A stretch of 64,000 bases of DNA. Source: Nitrosopumilaceae archaeon. GTDB taxonomy: Archaea; Thermoproteota; Nitrososphaeria; Nitrososphaerales; Nitrosopumilaceae. A model generated the notes under the pieces. That model was not told the origin of the DNA and did not search any database. It saw nothing but the letters and a program-made list of their open reading frames with translations. This document shows positions 1-10,373 of this stretch, in pieces. Location: NCBI GenBank assembly GCA_965214835.1, contig CBDCCK010000002.1, positions 2,816,001-2,880,000 of the forward strand. The letters run 5' to 3'. Both the position numbers and the translations under genes were made by a program. Numbering within the stretch: the stretch's first letter is position 1; every line of letters begins with the position of its first letter.

Positions 1-3000
1 CCTGGATAGCCCCAACTCGCTGCTGCTCAACAGCACCAGTGATGGAGACACCTTTGAGGTGAACTCGCGGATCTACGCGGCGGTGGTCGACGACTTTGAA
101 AGCTTTTTCCACATAGTCGACATCACGGATCCCCACAATCCGATCACGTTCAGGAGCCTGCCGGCCGATCGCGGATCTTCAGCCCACTTTGACCCCCAGA
201 GTGTGCATGTCTTCAAGATCGACTCTGCCATCTATGCGGCGGTGATCTCCTACCACGACAGCACCACCACGTTTCAGGTAATCGATGTCAGCGACCCGGC
301 CTTTCCGGCGGGAGCCGGGCGGCTGGTGGACGCCGAGGGCCCCGACGAGTTGCTGCTTGATGGAGCCCAGGAGACAAGGACATTCGAGGTGGACGGTGTC
401 ACCTATGCGGTATTGGCAAGCATAATCGACACCGGCATCCAGATAGTAAAGATGGAGCCCCTGTCCGACGAGTTTGAACCCGTCTTCAGATCCGCCGTTT
501 TGAACCTGATAACCGGCAAGATGACAGTCGAGTTCGACGAGGTAACAGACATCTCCGAGACCGACCTATCCAAGATGTACATAAGCGACGTAAACCAGAC
601 AAACACCGTTTCGTTGAACGGCGCCATGATGAACTTTTCGTCTGCCGACGTCGAGACCCTCTCGCTTACACTGACCGAGTCCCAGCTAACGCAGGTGTTT
701 CCGATGGATGAGCCAGAGCTCGATATTACCGTCGGCGCCGTAGTAGACATACTTGGAAACCAGATAAAAGACTCGCCTGACAACCCGATCACGGTCATTA
801 CCGACACGACACCGCCCGTCATTACAGTAAACGGCGACAACCCTGTCACCATCGAGCTGGGCAGCAGCTATACGGATGCCGGCGCGAGTGCCACCGACAA
901 CGATCCGGCATATGACGGGACTGTGAGCGACGACGCTGCCAGCGTGGACGCCGGCAGGTCCGGCAGCTATACGGTAACCTACACTGCCACCGATCCGTCC
1001 AGCAATACCGCGACTGCTACCAGGATAGTGCATGTCAATGATACCACAAAGCCGGTCATCGAACTAAACGGGAACTTGACTGTCACAGTAGAGCTGGGCG
1101 ACGCCTACGCCGAGCTGGGCGCCAACGTAACTGACAACGATCCCACGTATCCAGCCACCGAGGCCACCGTCGGCGGCGATACCGTCGACGTGAATTCGGT
1201 GGGAAACTACATCATAAACTATACGGCACCGGCAGATGCGGCAGGCAACGTCCCCGACGAGGTGACCCGCACCGTCATAGTCCAGGACACCAATGCCCCG
1301 GTGATCACACTAAACGGCAACAACCCGCTGCATCATGAGCTTGGAGACGACCCCTACGTGGATCCGGGAGCGACAACAAACGACGGCTCTACTGTAACAA
1401 TCAACTCCACGGCAGTCGACGTCTACGTGCGCGGCGACTATACTGTCAGATTCAACGCCACTGACGAGAACAACAACACCGGCACGGCCACCAGGACAGT
1501 CGAGGTGCGTGACACAACAAAGCCGGTCATTGCGCTAAACGGAGGGGACGTCACAGTCGAGCTTGGAGGCACATACACCGAGCAGGACGCCACCGTATCT
1601 GACAACGATCCGGCATACAGCGGAAACGTCACCGCTACGGGCGCCGTGGACACAGCCAAGGCGGCTACATACACCATAACATATACTGCGCCGCCAGATG
1701 CTGCAAACAACACACCTGATTCCGTGGAAAGGACGGTGACAGTCCAGGACACAACAAAGCCGGTCATTGCGCTAGACGGATCCCCCAGCATTACAGTAGA
1801 GCTAGGTAATAGATATAACGAACCCGGTGTCAGTGTAACTGACAACGATCCGGCATACACTGGCACGGTGAATTATAGTTATTTTCGCAGTAATGAAACT
1901 CCTTGGATATCAATAGACACGTTAGTTGTAAAGTCCGTTGGAGTTCACAACGTAACCTATACTGCGCCAGCAGATGCGGCAGGCAACGTACCCGACGAGG
2001 TGACCCGCACCGTCATAGTCCAGGACACCAATGCCCCGGTGATCACACTAAACGGCAACAACCCGCTGCATCATGAGCTTGGAGACGACCCCTACGTGGA
2101 TCCGGGAGCGACAACAAACGACGGCTCTACTGTAACAATCAACTCCACGGCAGTCGACGTCTACGTGCGCGGCAACTATACTGTAACCTTCAACGCCACT
2201 GACGAGAACAACAACACCGGCACGGCCACCAGGACAGTCGAGGTGCGTGACACAACAAAGCCGGTCATTGCGCTAAACGGAGGGGACGTCACAGTCGAGC
2301 TTGGAGGCACATACACCGAGCAGGACGCCACCGTATCTGACAACGATCCGGCATACAGCGGAAACGTCACCGCTACGGGCGCCGTGGACACAGCCAAGGC
2401 GGCTACATACACCATAACATATACTGCGCCGCCAGATGCTGCAAACAACACACCTGATTCCGTGGAAAGGACGGTGACAGTCCAGGACACAACAAAGCCG
2501 GTCATTGCGCTAGACGGATCCCCCAGCATTACAGTAGAGCTAGGTAATAGATATAACGAACCCGGTGTCAGTGTAACTGACAACGATCCGGCATACACTG
2601 GCACGGTGAATTATAGTTATTTTCGCAGTAATGAAACTCCTTGGATATCAATAGACACGTTAGTTGTAAAGTCCGTTGGAGTTCACAACGTAACCTATAC
2701 TGCGCCAGCAGATGCGGCAGGCAACGTACCCGACGAGGTGACCCGCACCGTCATAGTCCAGGACACCAATGCCCCGGTGATCACACTAAACGGCAACAAC
2801 CCGCTGCATCATGAGCTTGGAGACGACCCCTACGTGGATCCGGGAGCGACAACAAACGACGGCTCTACTGTAACAATCAACTCCACGGCAGTCGACGTCT
2901 ACGTGCGCGGCAACTATACTGTAACCTTTGAGGCGACCGACGGGGAGGACAACACCGGCATGGCCACCAGGACAGTCGAGGTGCGTGATACTACAAAGCC

Positions 3001-5161
3001 GGTCATCAAACTCAACGGGAACTCTACTGTAACCGTCGAGCGCGGCAACACCTACACCGAGCTGGGCGCCAACGTGACTGACAACGATCCCGCATACATG
3101 ACCACCAATGCCACAGTCGGCGGCGATGCCGTCGACGTGGATTCGGTGGGAAGCTACGTCATAAACTATACGGCGCCCGCAGATGACGCCGGCAATGAGC
3201 CTGACGCCGTCACCAGGACGGTGCAGGTGCGCGACAGCCTGCCGCCCACATTTGCGTCGGCGACCCTTAACGAGAACACTGGGGCAATGATGATCATGTT
3301 TGACGAGACCGTCGATGTCTCGGCTACCAACCTGTCGCTGCTGTATGTCAGTGACATAAACCAGACAAATACAGTTCCGCTGAACGGCGCCATGATGAAC
3401 TTTTCGTCTGCCGACGTCGAGACCCTCTCACTTACGCTAGTCGAGTCCCAGATGTTGCATGTGTTTCCAATGGGAACCCCGCAGCTGGACATCTCCGCCG
3501 GTGCCGTATCAGATATACTCAGCAACCAGATAGAGGACTCTCCGGACAACCCGATCACGGTCATCCCCGACACCACAAAGCCCGTCATTGACCTCAATGG
3601 AAACTCTACCATCACAATCGAGCTGGGCGACAGCTACACCGAACCGGGTGCCACCGTATCTGACAACGATCCTACCTACAAAGTGACGGTGAGTATCGCC
3701 GGGACGGTGAACGCGACAACCGTGGGAAGCTATAACGTGACATATACGGCGCCCGCAGATGACGCCGGCAATGAGCCTGACGCCGTCACCAGGACGGTGC
3801 AGGTGCGCGACAGCATGCCGCCCACCTTTGCATCGGCGACCCTTGACGAGAATACTGGGGCAATGACGATCACGTTTGATGAGACCGTCGATGTCTCGGT
3901 TACCAACCTGTCACTGCTGTATGTCAGTGACGTAAACCAGGTAAACGACGTTACGCTGGGCGGCGCCATGATGGACTTTGGCTCTGCCGACGTCGATACC
4001 CTCTCGCTTACACTAACCGAGCCCCAGCTGCTGCAGGTGTTTCCGATGGGTACTCCGCAGCTCGACATCACCGCTGGCGCCGTATCGGATCTGTCTGGAA
4101 GCATGATAGATGATTCACCGGACAATACAATTGCACTCACCGAGATTGTTCCAGTCGATGACGATGATACTGACACCGAAGTGCCGCCGCCCAACGGAGG
4201 CGGACCTGGATCCAATGGCGACACGGACGGCGGACGACCATCAGGCGGCGGTGGCGGCGGTGGCGGCGGTGGCGGTGGCAGCCGAGGATCCAACACCAAC
4301 ACAGACATCAGGCAGACATCAGGCGGCGGCAGAGACCTGGTCAACATACTGTCCATATCATGGGACTGTTCCACAGAGTTGATCAGGACGACCGTCGAGC
4401 CAGACACAGGAGACCTGTCCGTGTTGGTGCGCACCAGCGAGTACGGCACCCAACGGGCCGTCGAAGTGCCCGCCAACGGGCTGGCTAATCCTGCAGGATA
4501 CAGGGTATTCACAGCCAAGATGCACAGTGAGGAGAGTTACATAGGGGTCGACGCGGTGCTGCTCCTAGGAAGCAGCCTGTTGCGTGACAAGGAGTCGGTA
4601 AATGTGGACTCATGCACAGGCCAGGAGACCTTCAATTACGGCGAGGTACTCTTCCCGCCCGAAACCGTCCTAGTGTCCGACGAGACGCCAGACGAGTCTG
4701 ATGCAGGAGAATCCATACGTCCGGCGGTACCCCCACCCACCCAAGTGGACATGGTTCTGCCCGGGCACTTCGGGTGCGGGCCTGGCGTCGAACTGATCGA
4801 CGGTGTGTGCCTCCCCGCAGTGCGGACGGGCGGATGTGGGCCCGGTGCCGAGCTGATCGACGGTGTGTGCCTCCCCGCAGTGCGGACGGGCGGATGTGGG
4901 CCCGGTGCCGAGCTGATCGACGGTGTGTGCACACTCCTAGATCAGTCCGGCGCTATCCCCCCACAAGACGCCATCTCAGACGACCAGCCCGCCATGTGGG
5001 CATCCCCCGTACCGTTCGGCTTTGGCATAGATCTGCTCATAAGCGCAGTAGTCGTGGCCATCATGGCCCTGATCATGGGAATCATCCTGTGGGTTATATC
5101 CAAGTTGAGAAGATCAAGGGATCATCAGGAGGCGGCCCCTACACCGGGGACCACCATCTGA
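1..5161 (+). CDS. Giant secreted/surface protein, 5'-truncated by the window: LVIVD-like repeats, many HYR/DUF5011-like Ig modules, poly-Gly linker, Cys-rich repeats, C-terminal TM anchor
   Basis: Frame is open from position 2 (LDSPNSLLLNST...). Contains 'IVDITDP' repeats, 'DTTKPVI.L.G...ELG..Y.D.GA' modules and a hydrophobic segment LLISAVVVAIMALIMGIILWVI followed by a basic tail. Confidence 0.85.
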   Translation, partial: LDSPNSLLLNSTSDGDTFEVNSRIYAAVVDDFESFFHIVDITDPHNPITFRSLPADRGSSAHFDPQSVHVFKIDSAIYAAVISYHDSTTTFQVIDVSDPAFPAGAGRLVDAEGPDELLLDGAQETRTFEVDGVTYAVLASIIDTGIQIVKMEPLSDEFEPVFRSAVLNLITGKMTVEFDEVTDISETDLSKMYISDVNQTNTVSLNGAMMNFSSADVETLSLTLTESQLTQVFPMDEPELDITVGAVVDILGNQIKDSPDNPITVITDTTPPVITVNGDNPVTIELGSSYTDAGASATDNDPAYDGTVSDDAASVDAGRSGSYTVTYTATDPSSNTATATRIVHVNDTTKPVIELNGNLTVTVELGDAYAELGANVTDNDPTYPATEATVGGDTVDVNSVGNYIINYTAPADAAGNVPDEVTRTVIVQDTNAPVITLNGNNPLHHELGDDPYVDPGATTNDGSTVTINSTAVDVYVRGDYTVRFNATDENNNTGTATRTVEVRDTTKPVIALNGGDVTVELGGTYTEQDATVSDNDPAYSGNVTATGAVDTAKAATYTITYTAPPDAANNTPDSVERTVTVQDTTKPVIALDGSPSITVELGNRYNEPGVSVTDNDPAYTGTVNYSYFRSNETPWISIDTLVVKSVGVHNVTYTAPADAAGNVPDEVTRTVIVQDTNAPVITLNGNNPLHHELGDDPYVDPGATTNDGSTVTINSTAVDVYVRGNYTVTFNATDENNNTGTATRTVEVRDTTKPVIALNGGDVTVELGGTYTEQDATVSDNDPAYSGNVTATGAVDTAKAATYTITYTAPPDAANNTPDSVERTVTVQDTTKPVIALDGSPSITVELGNRYNEPGVSVTDNDPAYTGTVNYSYFRSNETPWISIDTLVVKSVGVHNVTYTAPADAAGNVPDEVTRTVIVQDTNAPVITLNGNNPLHHELGDDPYVDPGATTNDGSTVTINSTAVDVYVRGNYTVTFEATDGEDNTGMATRTVEVRDTTKPVIKLNGNSTVTVERGNTYTELGANVTDNDPAYMTTNATVGGDAVDVDSVGSYVINYTAPADDAGNEPDAVTRTVQVRDSLPPTFASATLNENTGAMMIMFDETVDVSATNLSLLYVSDINQTNTVPLNGAMMNFSSADVETLSLTLVESQMLHVFPMGTPQLDISAGAVSDILSNQIEDSPDNPITVIPDTTKPVIDLNGNSTITIELGDSYTEPGATVSDNDPTYKVTVSIAGTVNATTVGSYNVTYTAPADDAGNEPDAVTRTVQVRDSMPPTFASATLDENTGAMTITFDETVDVSVTNLSLLYVSDVNQVNDVTLGGAMMDFGSADVDTLSLTLTEPQLLQVFPMGTPQLDITAGAVSDLSGSMIDDSPDNTIALTEIVPVDDDDTDTEVPPPNGGGPGSNGDTDGGRPSGGGGGGGGGGGGSRGSNTNTDIRQTSGGGRDLVNILSISWDCSTELIRTTVEPDTGDLSVLVRTSEYGTQRAVEVPANGLANPAGYRVFTAKMHSEESYIGVDAVLLLGSSLLRDKESVNVDSCTGQETFNYGEVLFPPETVLVSDETPDESDAGESIRPAVPPPTQVDMVLPGHFGCGPGVELIDGVCLPAVRTGGCGPGAELIDGVCLPAVRTGGCGPGAELIDGVCTLLDQSGAIPPQDAISDDQPAMWASPVPFGFGIDLLISAVVVAIMALIMGIILWVISKLRRSRDHQEAAPTPGTTI
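1225..3010 (+). repeat. Intragenic tandem repeat, period 738 bp (246 aa, three Ig-like modules), about 2.4 copies, near-identical DNA
   Basis: Antisense ORFs 1438-1866 and 2176-2604 are near-identical and offset by 738 bp. Confidence 0.9.
4772..4930 (+). repeat. 60-bp tandem repeat, about 2.7 copies, encoding GCGPGAELIDGVCLPAVRTG
   Basis: Lines 4801, 4861 and 4921 all start with cggtgtgtgc. Confidence 0.95.
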
Positions 5162-5271
5162 GCGGGCCACCATACATCCGGAAATGTAACAGTTCGGGCC
5201 AGGGAAGCGTACGAGGCCACCAATCAGGCACGAATTAGCATGTATGATTGTGATTTTCATGCCTGGCCATC

Positions 5272-6921
5272 GTACGAGTTTACCCCTCAGGCGACGCTGC
5301 CAGTCAGGGTCTTGACGAGCATTTCCCTCACGCCGCACCCCCGGGCGCGCCAATTCATCGCGCACGTCATCAATACGGTGAACATCTCCATGCCTTCCAT
5401 GGTACGGAGTCCTTGGAATACCTTGCGCGCAATTACGGACGGCCTCAGCATGCGCTCGGCCAGGTTGTTGGTGGGCTCCATGCCTGGATGCAATGTGAAC
5501 GTGTAGAGAAATTCCGAGGCGTTCCCAAGCTTTGTGGCAAAGCTCTCGCATCCGGCCTCCCTGCCGAATGCCTCGGCCAGCCCGCGCGTTTCTGCCACCA
5601 GCATGTCGTGCCGGGCGGCGCCCTCCTCCTCCGGCGGCCCCAGCCCCTTGGCATGGATGAACTTTTTCTTGAGTGTACCATACAGCGCGTGGGCCTTCCG
5701 GGAGGTCTTGCCGGCCTCCCTGGCCTCCCGGAGTATGTGTGCCCAGCACCACTGCCTGGTCTTGAATGCGGCGTATACGCCGTACCCGTCGACTGTGACC
5801 GGTTTGTCATAATACGGAAAGTTCATGTCAACTACGGCCCTGCCCCTACTGGGTGCGGCCAGCGTGTGGACGCCGGCGACGGTGCCGTCCCTGTTCCTGC
5901 CCACGACCACCCATATGCGGGCCGTCCTGCCGTTGTATGGCATGGCAGTCTCGTCAATATGCAGATAATCAGAATCCCTGATGGCCTGCCTGATGCTCTC
6001 TACGCCGGGCTTTATCGCATTGGCGCCGGCCCTCAGGCACTGCAGCACGCCTGCCTCTGACACTTCTATGCCTAGGATTTCTGAGCACAGTGTGGCCGTG
6101 GCCTGTATGGAGGCAGGTGCCACGCGTATTGCGGCCATCATCCCCGTGATGTTTGGTCCAAACTCGGTTCCCGGCACGTTCCATGACCTGTCGTCTTCGA
6201 TGCACATGTTGCCACAGTCGGCGCATTTGCGCCTGTATGCGGTGTGCTGTGTCGTGACCGGCTCGGGCCTCTTGGGGGTATCGGTCACAAGCTTGGAGAA
6301 GATCTTTTTCGGCTTCTTCATGTTGGTGCTGCCGCACTTGCCGCACTTTTTGGGGCAGTGCTTTACAAACAAGGTCGGTTTTCTGGCGTGTGAGACCCCC
6401 TCGTGTCCCTGTCTGCGGCCCGGCTTTGCCTTTGCAGGTGCCGGTACATTACCTGATGCCTTTGCCGCGGCGGCCTTTTTCTGCCGGGTAGGAATAGAGT
6501 TCTGCGATGAGGGGGTGTGAGGGTTTTCGTAATATCTGATGTGCTGTCTGAGCTGCTGGTTTTCTGCTTCCAGTGCCGCGGTTTGCGCGTCAGGTGCCGT
6601 CCCTCCCCGGGGTTCGCCCTCTGGCCACCCTGGGGCGGGCCCCTTTTGCTTGAACCAGTTGATCTGTGCTGTCTGCATCAGGATTGTCACCGAGGCCTCG
6701 GCCAGCTGTTCGGCAAGCCCGACTATTGCCCGATCCCTGTCTGCGATGATTCCATCCTTCTTGTCTGATTCGGCTATGACGCGGGCCAGCTCGTCGCGCA
6801 GTATCTTGATCTCTGAATCAGGCAATGAATACAGGTGTGGTCTTGACGTATATGGATCCAGATGGTGATCAAAAGTTGGCCTCGTACTCAACCTAAACTA
6901 TAGGGAGGGGTAAACTCATAC
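5272..6921 (-). mobile_element. IS66-family element A (single ORF, ISBst12-like), copy 1
   Basis: TIRs GTACGAGTTTACCCCT / AGGGGTAAACTCATAC; 9-bp direct repeat CTGGCCATC at 5263-5271 and 6922-6930. Confidence 0.9.
5287..6891 (-). CDS. IS66-family DDE transposase (TnpC-like)
   Basis: Coiled coil, 'YENPHTPSS', 'KPGRRQGHEG', CxxC zinc finger, 'HIDET', 'VDGY', 'CWAHILR', 'PTNNLAERMLR'. Confidence 0.92.
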   Translation of the reverse strand: MSTRPTFDHHLDPYTSRPHLYSLPDSEIKILRDELARVIAESDKKDGIIADRDRAIVGLAEQLAEASVTILMQTAQINWFKQKGPAPGWPEGEPRGGTAPDAQTAALEAENQQLRQHIRYYENPHTPSSQNSIPTRQKKAAAAKASGNVPAPAKAKPGRRQGHEGVSHARKPTLFVKHCPKKCGKCGSTNMKKPKKIFSKLVTDTPKRPEPVTTQHTAYRRKCADCGNMCIEDDRSWNVPGTEFGPNITGMMAAIRVAPASIQATATLCSEILGIEVSEAGVLQCLRAGANAIKPGVESIRQAIRDSDYLHIDETAMPYNGRTARIWVVVGRNRDGTVAGVHTLAAPSRGRAVVDMNFPYYDKPVTVDGYGVYAAFKTRQWCWAHILREAREAGKTSRKAHALYGTLKKKFIHAKGLGPPEEEGAARHDMLVAETRGLAEAFGREAGCESFATKLGNASEFLYTFTLHPGMEPTNNLAERMLRPSVIARKVFQGLRTMEGMEMFTVLMTCAMNWRARGCGVREMLVKTLTGSVA

Positions 6922-6950
6922 CTGGCCATCAGTGGGACGTGACCCCATAC

Positions 6951-7560
6951 GAATACGACTATTGCCATGACGTTCGTGCCGCAATACTCCCCCGGCAGCA
7001 CGGCGGAGGTGTGCTTTTTCTTGCATGACTTGCAGTAGCGCCTGATAACGCTCCATTGCATCTTGATCCACCTGCCGTCGATCAGATCCCCGAGAGATCC
7101 TTGAGTACTCTTCGGATCAGTCAGAGCTTGTTGCCGCACCAAGGGCAGGACTAGGCGTCTGCTGCACATGTACGTGTGACGGCCTTTCTTGCGTGTCTCT
7201 TTTGTGGCCTCCCTTTGGTGGTGCGGGAGATTATTGAGCTTGTGCACGTTATAGCCGCGGGAGTTTGGCTTCTTACGGGCCTACTTTGGAAGAGTCGCCC
7301 GTCGACTCGGATCCCGTTGCCGCCGTCCGTTGTTGGCCAAGCAGTGCCTTAGCCGTTGATTCCCTTTTTATAGCTGCTGGTATTTGCTTTGCACCTACTG
7401 GCTTTCGCTCTGCAGCTGTTGGATCTCTTTTTCAACCTTCCCCATCCCTGGCTTTAGGTATTCAAACAGGTGGAGCGCGTCTGGATTGTTCCAGTCCACA
7501 TCCTCAATGTCAGGATCCCCGACCGATACTTGGAAAGCAGGTTCCGTGATCTTTGTGTGG
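6951..7560 (-). pseudogene. Degraded IS66-like transposase remnant
   Basis: Fragment 'RRYCKSCKKKHTSAVLPGEYCGTNV' resembles the IS66 zinc-finger/PGxxFG region; multiple stops upstream. Confidence 0.5.
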
Positions 7561-7579
7561 CAGGATAACCCCTAGGCAG

Positions 7580-7763
7580 AATAAGTCATGACCCCCCCCC
7601 CCCTGCCGGACAGGCATGAAAACCACAGTTGCAAGCAAATGCATGCCTTGCTGCTGCCTAGGCAGGTGCTGTCCTATTAGACTTTATGCGTAATCGACCT
7701 GAATGAGATGGATTTGTTCGTAATAATCCTAGATCTGAGCCGATTACGCATAAGGTCTATTAC
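7580..7763. mobile_element. MITE E derived from IS66-C ends, with a MITE D inserted in its terminus; contains a C12 run
   Basis: CAGGCATGAAAACCACA matches 27960 (CAGGCATGAAAATCACA); the reconstructed end CTAGGCAGGTGCTGTCCTATTAC resembles IS66-C TIR CTAGGCAGGGGCTAACCTATTAC. Confidence 0.6.
7679..7758. mobile_element. MITE family D (80 bp, IS5/ISL2-like ends)
   Basis: TIRs AGACTTTATGCGTAATCG / CGATTACGCATAAGGTCT; 3-bp TSD ATT. Confidence 0.85.
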
Positions 7764-7832
7764 GTGCTGTCCGGAAGGCCTCCGAGGCGGCAAGATTCAC
7801 GCCCAAGCCTCCAGAACCCGAGCTGCCACGCA

Positions 7833-9899
7833 GTACAACTTCAGGTCCTTTTTATACTGACAGTCAAACATTTTTGGGCAGCATCTTATGATCAGATGCC
7901 CCTGCGAACATGGCTGAACATCAGACATTTGTGATCAGACATTGCAGGTTTGGAATTTACGGGAGTGACATAATATCGGCATCTTGGTCAAAGAATTTCG
8001 ATGGAAATCTTTTTTGATCTTGCCTGTCTGATGTAACATATGGACTCCAAAGCCGTGCTTGCACGCTGTACGGATCCTAGAAAGGCACTTGTCATGATCA
8101 TGGAGCAAGATGAGAAGATCTCCGGGCTGGAAAAAGAACTCTCTATTGTCAAGAAGGAGAATGCGGATGTCAAGAAGGAGAATGCTGAGCTTCAGGCAAG
8201 GCTTGCCCTGTACGAGAGTCCCAACATGCCCACGTCCACGCCGTCATTATACAATGATGCCAGAAAAAAGTTCAGGGAGAAAAGGGGCGAGGATCCCGGC
8301 GGCAGTCCCGGCGATGCGGCCAGGGGCAAGAAACGCGGCCCTCCGTGCGGACACCATGGTACATCGCACGGCAACCGGCCATCCATGACATTAAGGTACG
8401 ATCTTGATTTCAAAATATGCCCAAAGTGCAACATCCAGTTACGGATGCTCAAGCCGATCCACAAGCTTGTCAACGATCTGGACGGCTCCATGCGCATGAT
8501 TACTGCCAATGCCATCATCCAAAACGCGGTGTGTCCACAGTGCAATACCGTGCATGTCGCAGCTACCCCGTTTCTAGGCGGCACGTCACTTGGGCCCGTC
8601 TCACTCTCTCTAATCATGATGTTCTTTGAGAAGGGAAACATAGACGAGGACATTGCAGAGTACTTTCAGTATATGTTTGGATTCAAGATGGCCCCAAATA
8701 CCGTGACTGCCGCCCGGCACGCAGTGGCAGAGGCACTCCGGCAAAACATGATACAATGCATACAGACATTCATTGCGGGCAGGCCGTGGATACAGATGGA
8801 CGAGACCGGCTTTAAGCGCGGCGACGGACACACGGGGTACGTCTGGGTGCTCAACTGTGCGGGGGCGTGCTTTGTGGTCTTTGCAGATTCCCGGTCCTCT
8901 GAGGTACTGCACACGCACTTTGGATGGCTGGATCCCAGGGTTCCCATAGTCGTCGACGGGCTGGCCCAGTACAAGCTGTTCTTTGAGATAATCCAGAGGT
9001 GCTGGAGGCACCTTCTGGCGTATGCAGAAAAGCTTGCAGTAAAGATGCCCGAAGGCGATGATGGGAAAAGGTATGACTTGCTGCTGGAATTTTACAGGGA
9101 GGTAAAAAAGATCAAAGACGCTTGCGTCGCTTACATACATGGAGCTTTCAAGGGAGGCATACAAAATAATCAGCCCGTATGAGGACGATCACGTGCGTAC
9201 ACACCTGCTAAACGCCATACCCAACATGTTTACGTTTCTAGCGCGTCCGGGAATGCCGCCGCACAACAACGATACGGAGCGATGCATACGCGACGGGATC
9301 ATACCACAGCGCAATGCGCGCCACAAGATCGTAACTGACGGGGGAAGAAAGACGGCTTCTGCGCTGCTGACGTTCTCGATGACATGCCGCAAGCAAAACA
9401 TACATCCTGCCGGTGGACTCTTGAAATACCTGCGGGATCCGGGCTGGGATATCTTTGCAGGGGCCAAGGATGACGCGCACCTGCTGTCCTCGCTTGTCAA
9501 TACGGACGGTACAAGATACAGTGTCTTTGAGTGTCCCGGGCCGCCGCCGGTGTGGCCGCCTGCAGCAGGTGCAGGCAAGGGGGCGGTACGCTGGAACCAG
9601 ACGGCCGTCGTACCCGTAGCCCCGATGGCACTTTGATCCGTCTGGCGCCTACGGGACGGCGTAACCCGTAGCCTCATATCGAAGGATCCGGCTGAATCTG
9701 CCAGTCAACGGCACCGAATGCAACAGTTTCTGATTGCCTGCAGGTGCCGTCTGTCAATGTGTTGCCTGCACGGCGCCGGTTCTGGCATGTACAAAGGATG
9801 TGTGGTGATGCAACGGGTCTGTCACAACGGATGCGGAAGGATCAAAAAGTTCCGGACAAAAAGTTCCCTGGGCGCTTTAAATAGGACCTGAAGTTGTAC
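7833..9899 (+). mobile_element. IS66-family element B, copy 1
   Basis: Perfect 17-bp TIR GTACAACTTCAGGTCCT; 8-bp TSD GCCACGCA. Confidence 0.93.
8040..9636 (+). pseudogene. IS66 transposase split by a +1 frameshift (ORFs 8040-9182 and 9139-9636)
   Basis: 'QMDETG' and 'QRCWRHL' in ORF1; 'PPHNNDTERCIR' in ORF2; frame switch near GTAAAAAAGATCAAAGACG (9102-9120). Confidence 0.85.
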
Positions 9900-9980
9900 G
9901 CCACGCATGATGCGTCAAAATCATGATCCGTTTTTTGGCGTGCGCACCGCGGTTTTCGTTTTTGCGCTAGCGTCCGGCAC

Positions 9981-10373
9981 TCAGGGGTGGGAGCAAAGCT
10001 CTGTCAGCACGCCCTCCAGGGACTTGGGATGGATGAACGTGACCCGGGTTCCCTCAGAGCCGGGCCTCACCTTCCCCAGAAACCGGATGCCGCAGTCCTC
10101 CATGCGGGAGACCTCGGCGTCAATGTCGTCAGTCTGCAGGGCCACGTGATGCAGGCCCTGCCCCTTCTTCTCCAGGAACCGCCTGATCGGGCTGTCGTCT
10201 CTTGTCGGCTCCATCAGCTCGATTCTGCCGTTTTCCAGCCTTATGATGGCGACTCTGACGCCCTCGGTCTCGACGGTCTCAAACTCGACATGATCGACGC
10301 CCAGCGCCTCCCGGTATACCTTGGCAGATGCCTCAACGTCGCTTACCGCGATCGCAATGTGGTCTATCCTCAT
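9981..10373 (-). CDS. mce: Methylmalonyl-CoA epimerase
   Basis: VOC fold motifs 'IDHIAIAV', 'GLHHVA', 'FIHPKSLEGVLTEL'; adjacent to the mutase. Confidence 0.93.
   Translation of the reverse strand: MRIDHIAIAVSDVEASAKVYREALGVDHVEFETVETEGVRVAIIRLENGRIELMEPTRDDSPIRRFLEKKGQGLHHVALQTDDIDAEVSRMEDCGIRFLGKVRPGSEGTRVTFIHPKSLEGVLTELCSHP

Larger units (their letters stand above)
5209..6950. mobile_element. MITE family A copy (about 85 bp) interrupted by IS66-A
   Basis: GTACGAGGCCAC at 5209 and GTGACCCCATAC ending 6950; interior resembles 16236-16327 and 41840-41932. Confidence 0.75.

Noticed and set aside
403-4934. Long antisense ORFs in the giant genes and transposases (also 18144-25217)
   Set aside because: Shadow frames of GC-rich repetitive coding DNA with no independent motifs
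7592-7603. C12 homopolymer as a phase-variation switch
   Set aside because: Lies inside a decayed MITE, not in a gene or an evident promoter
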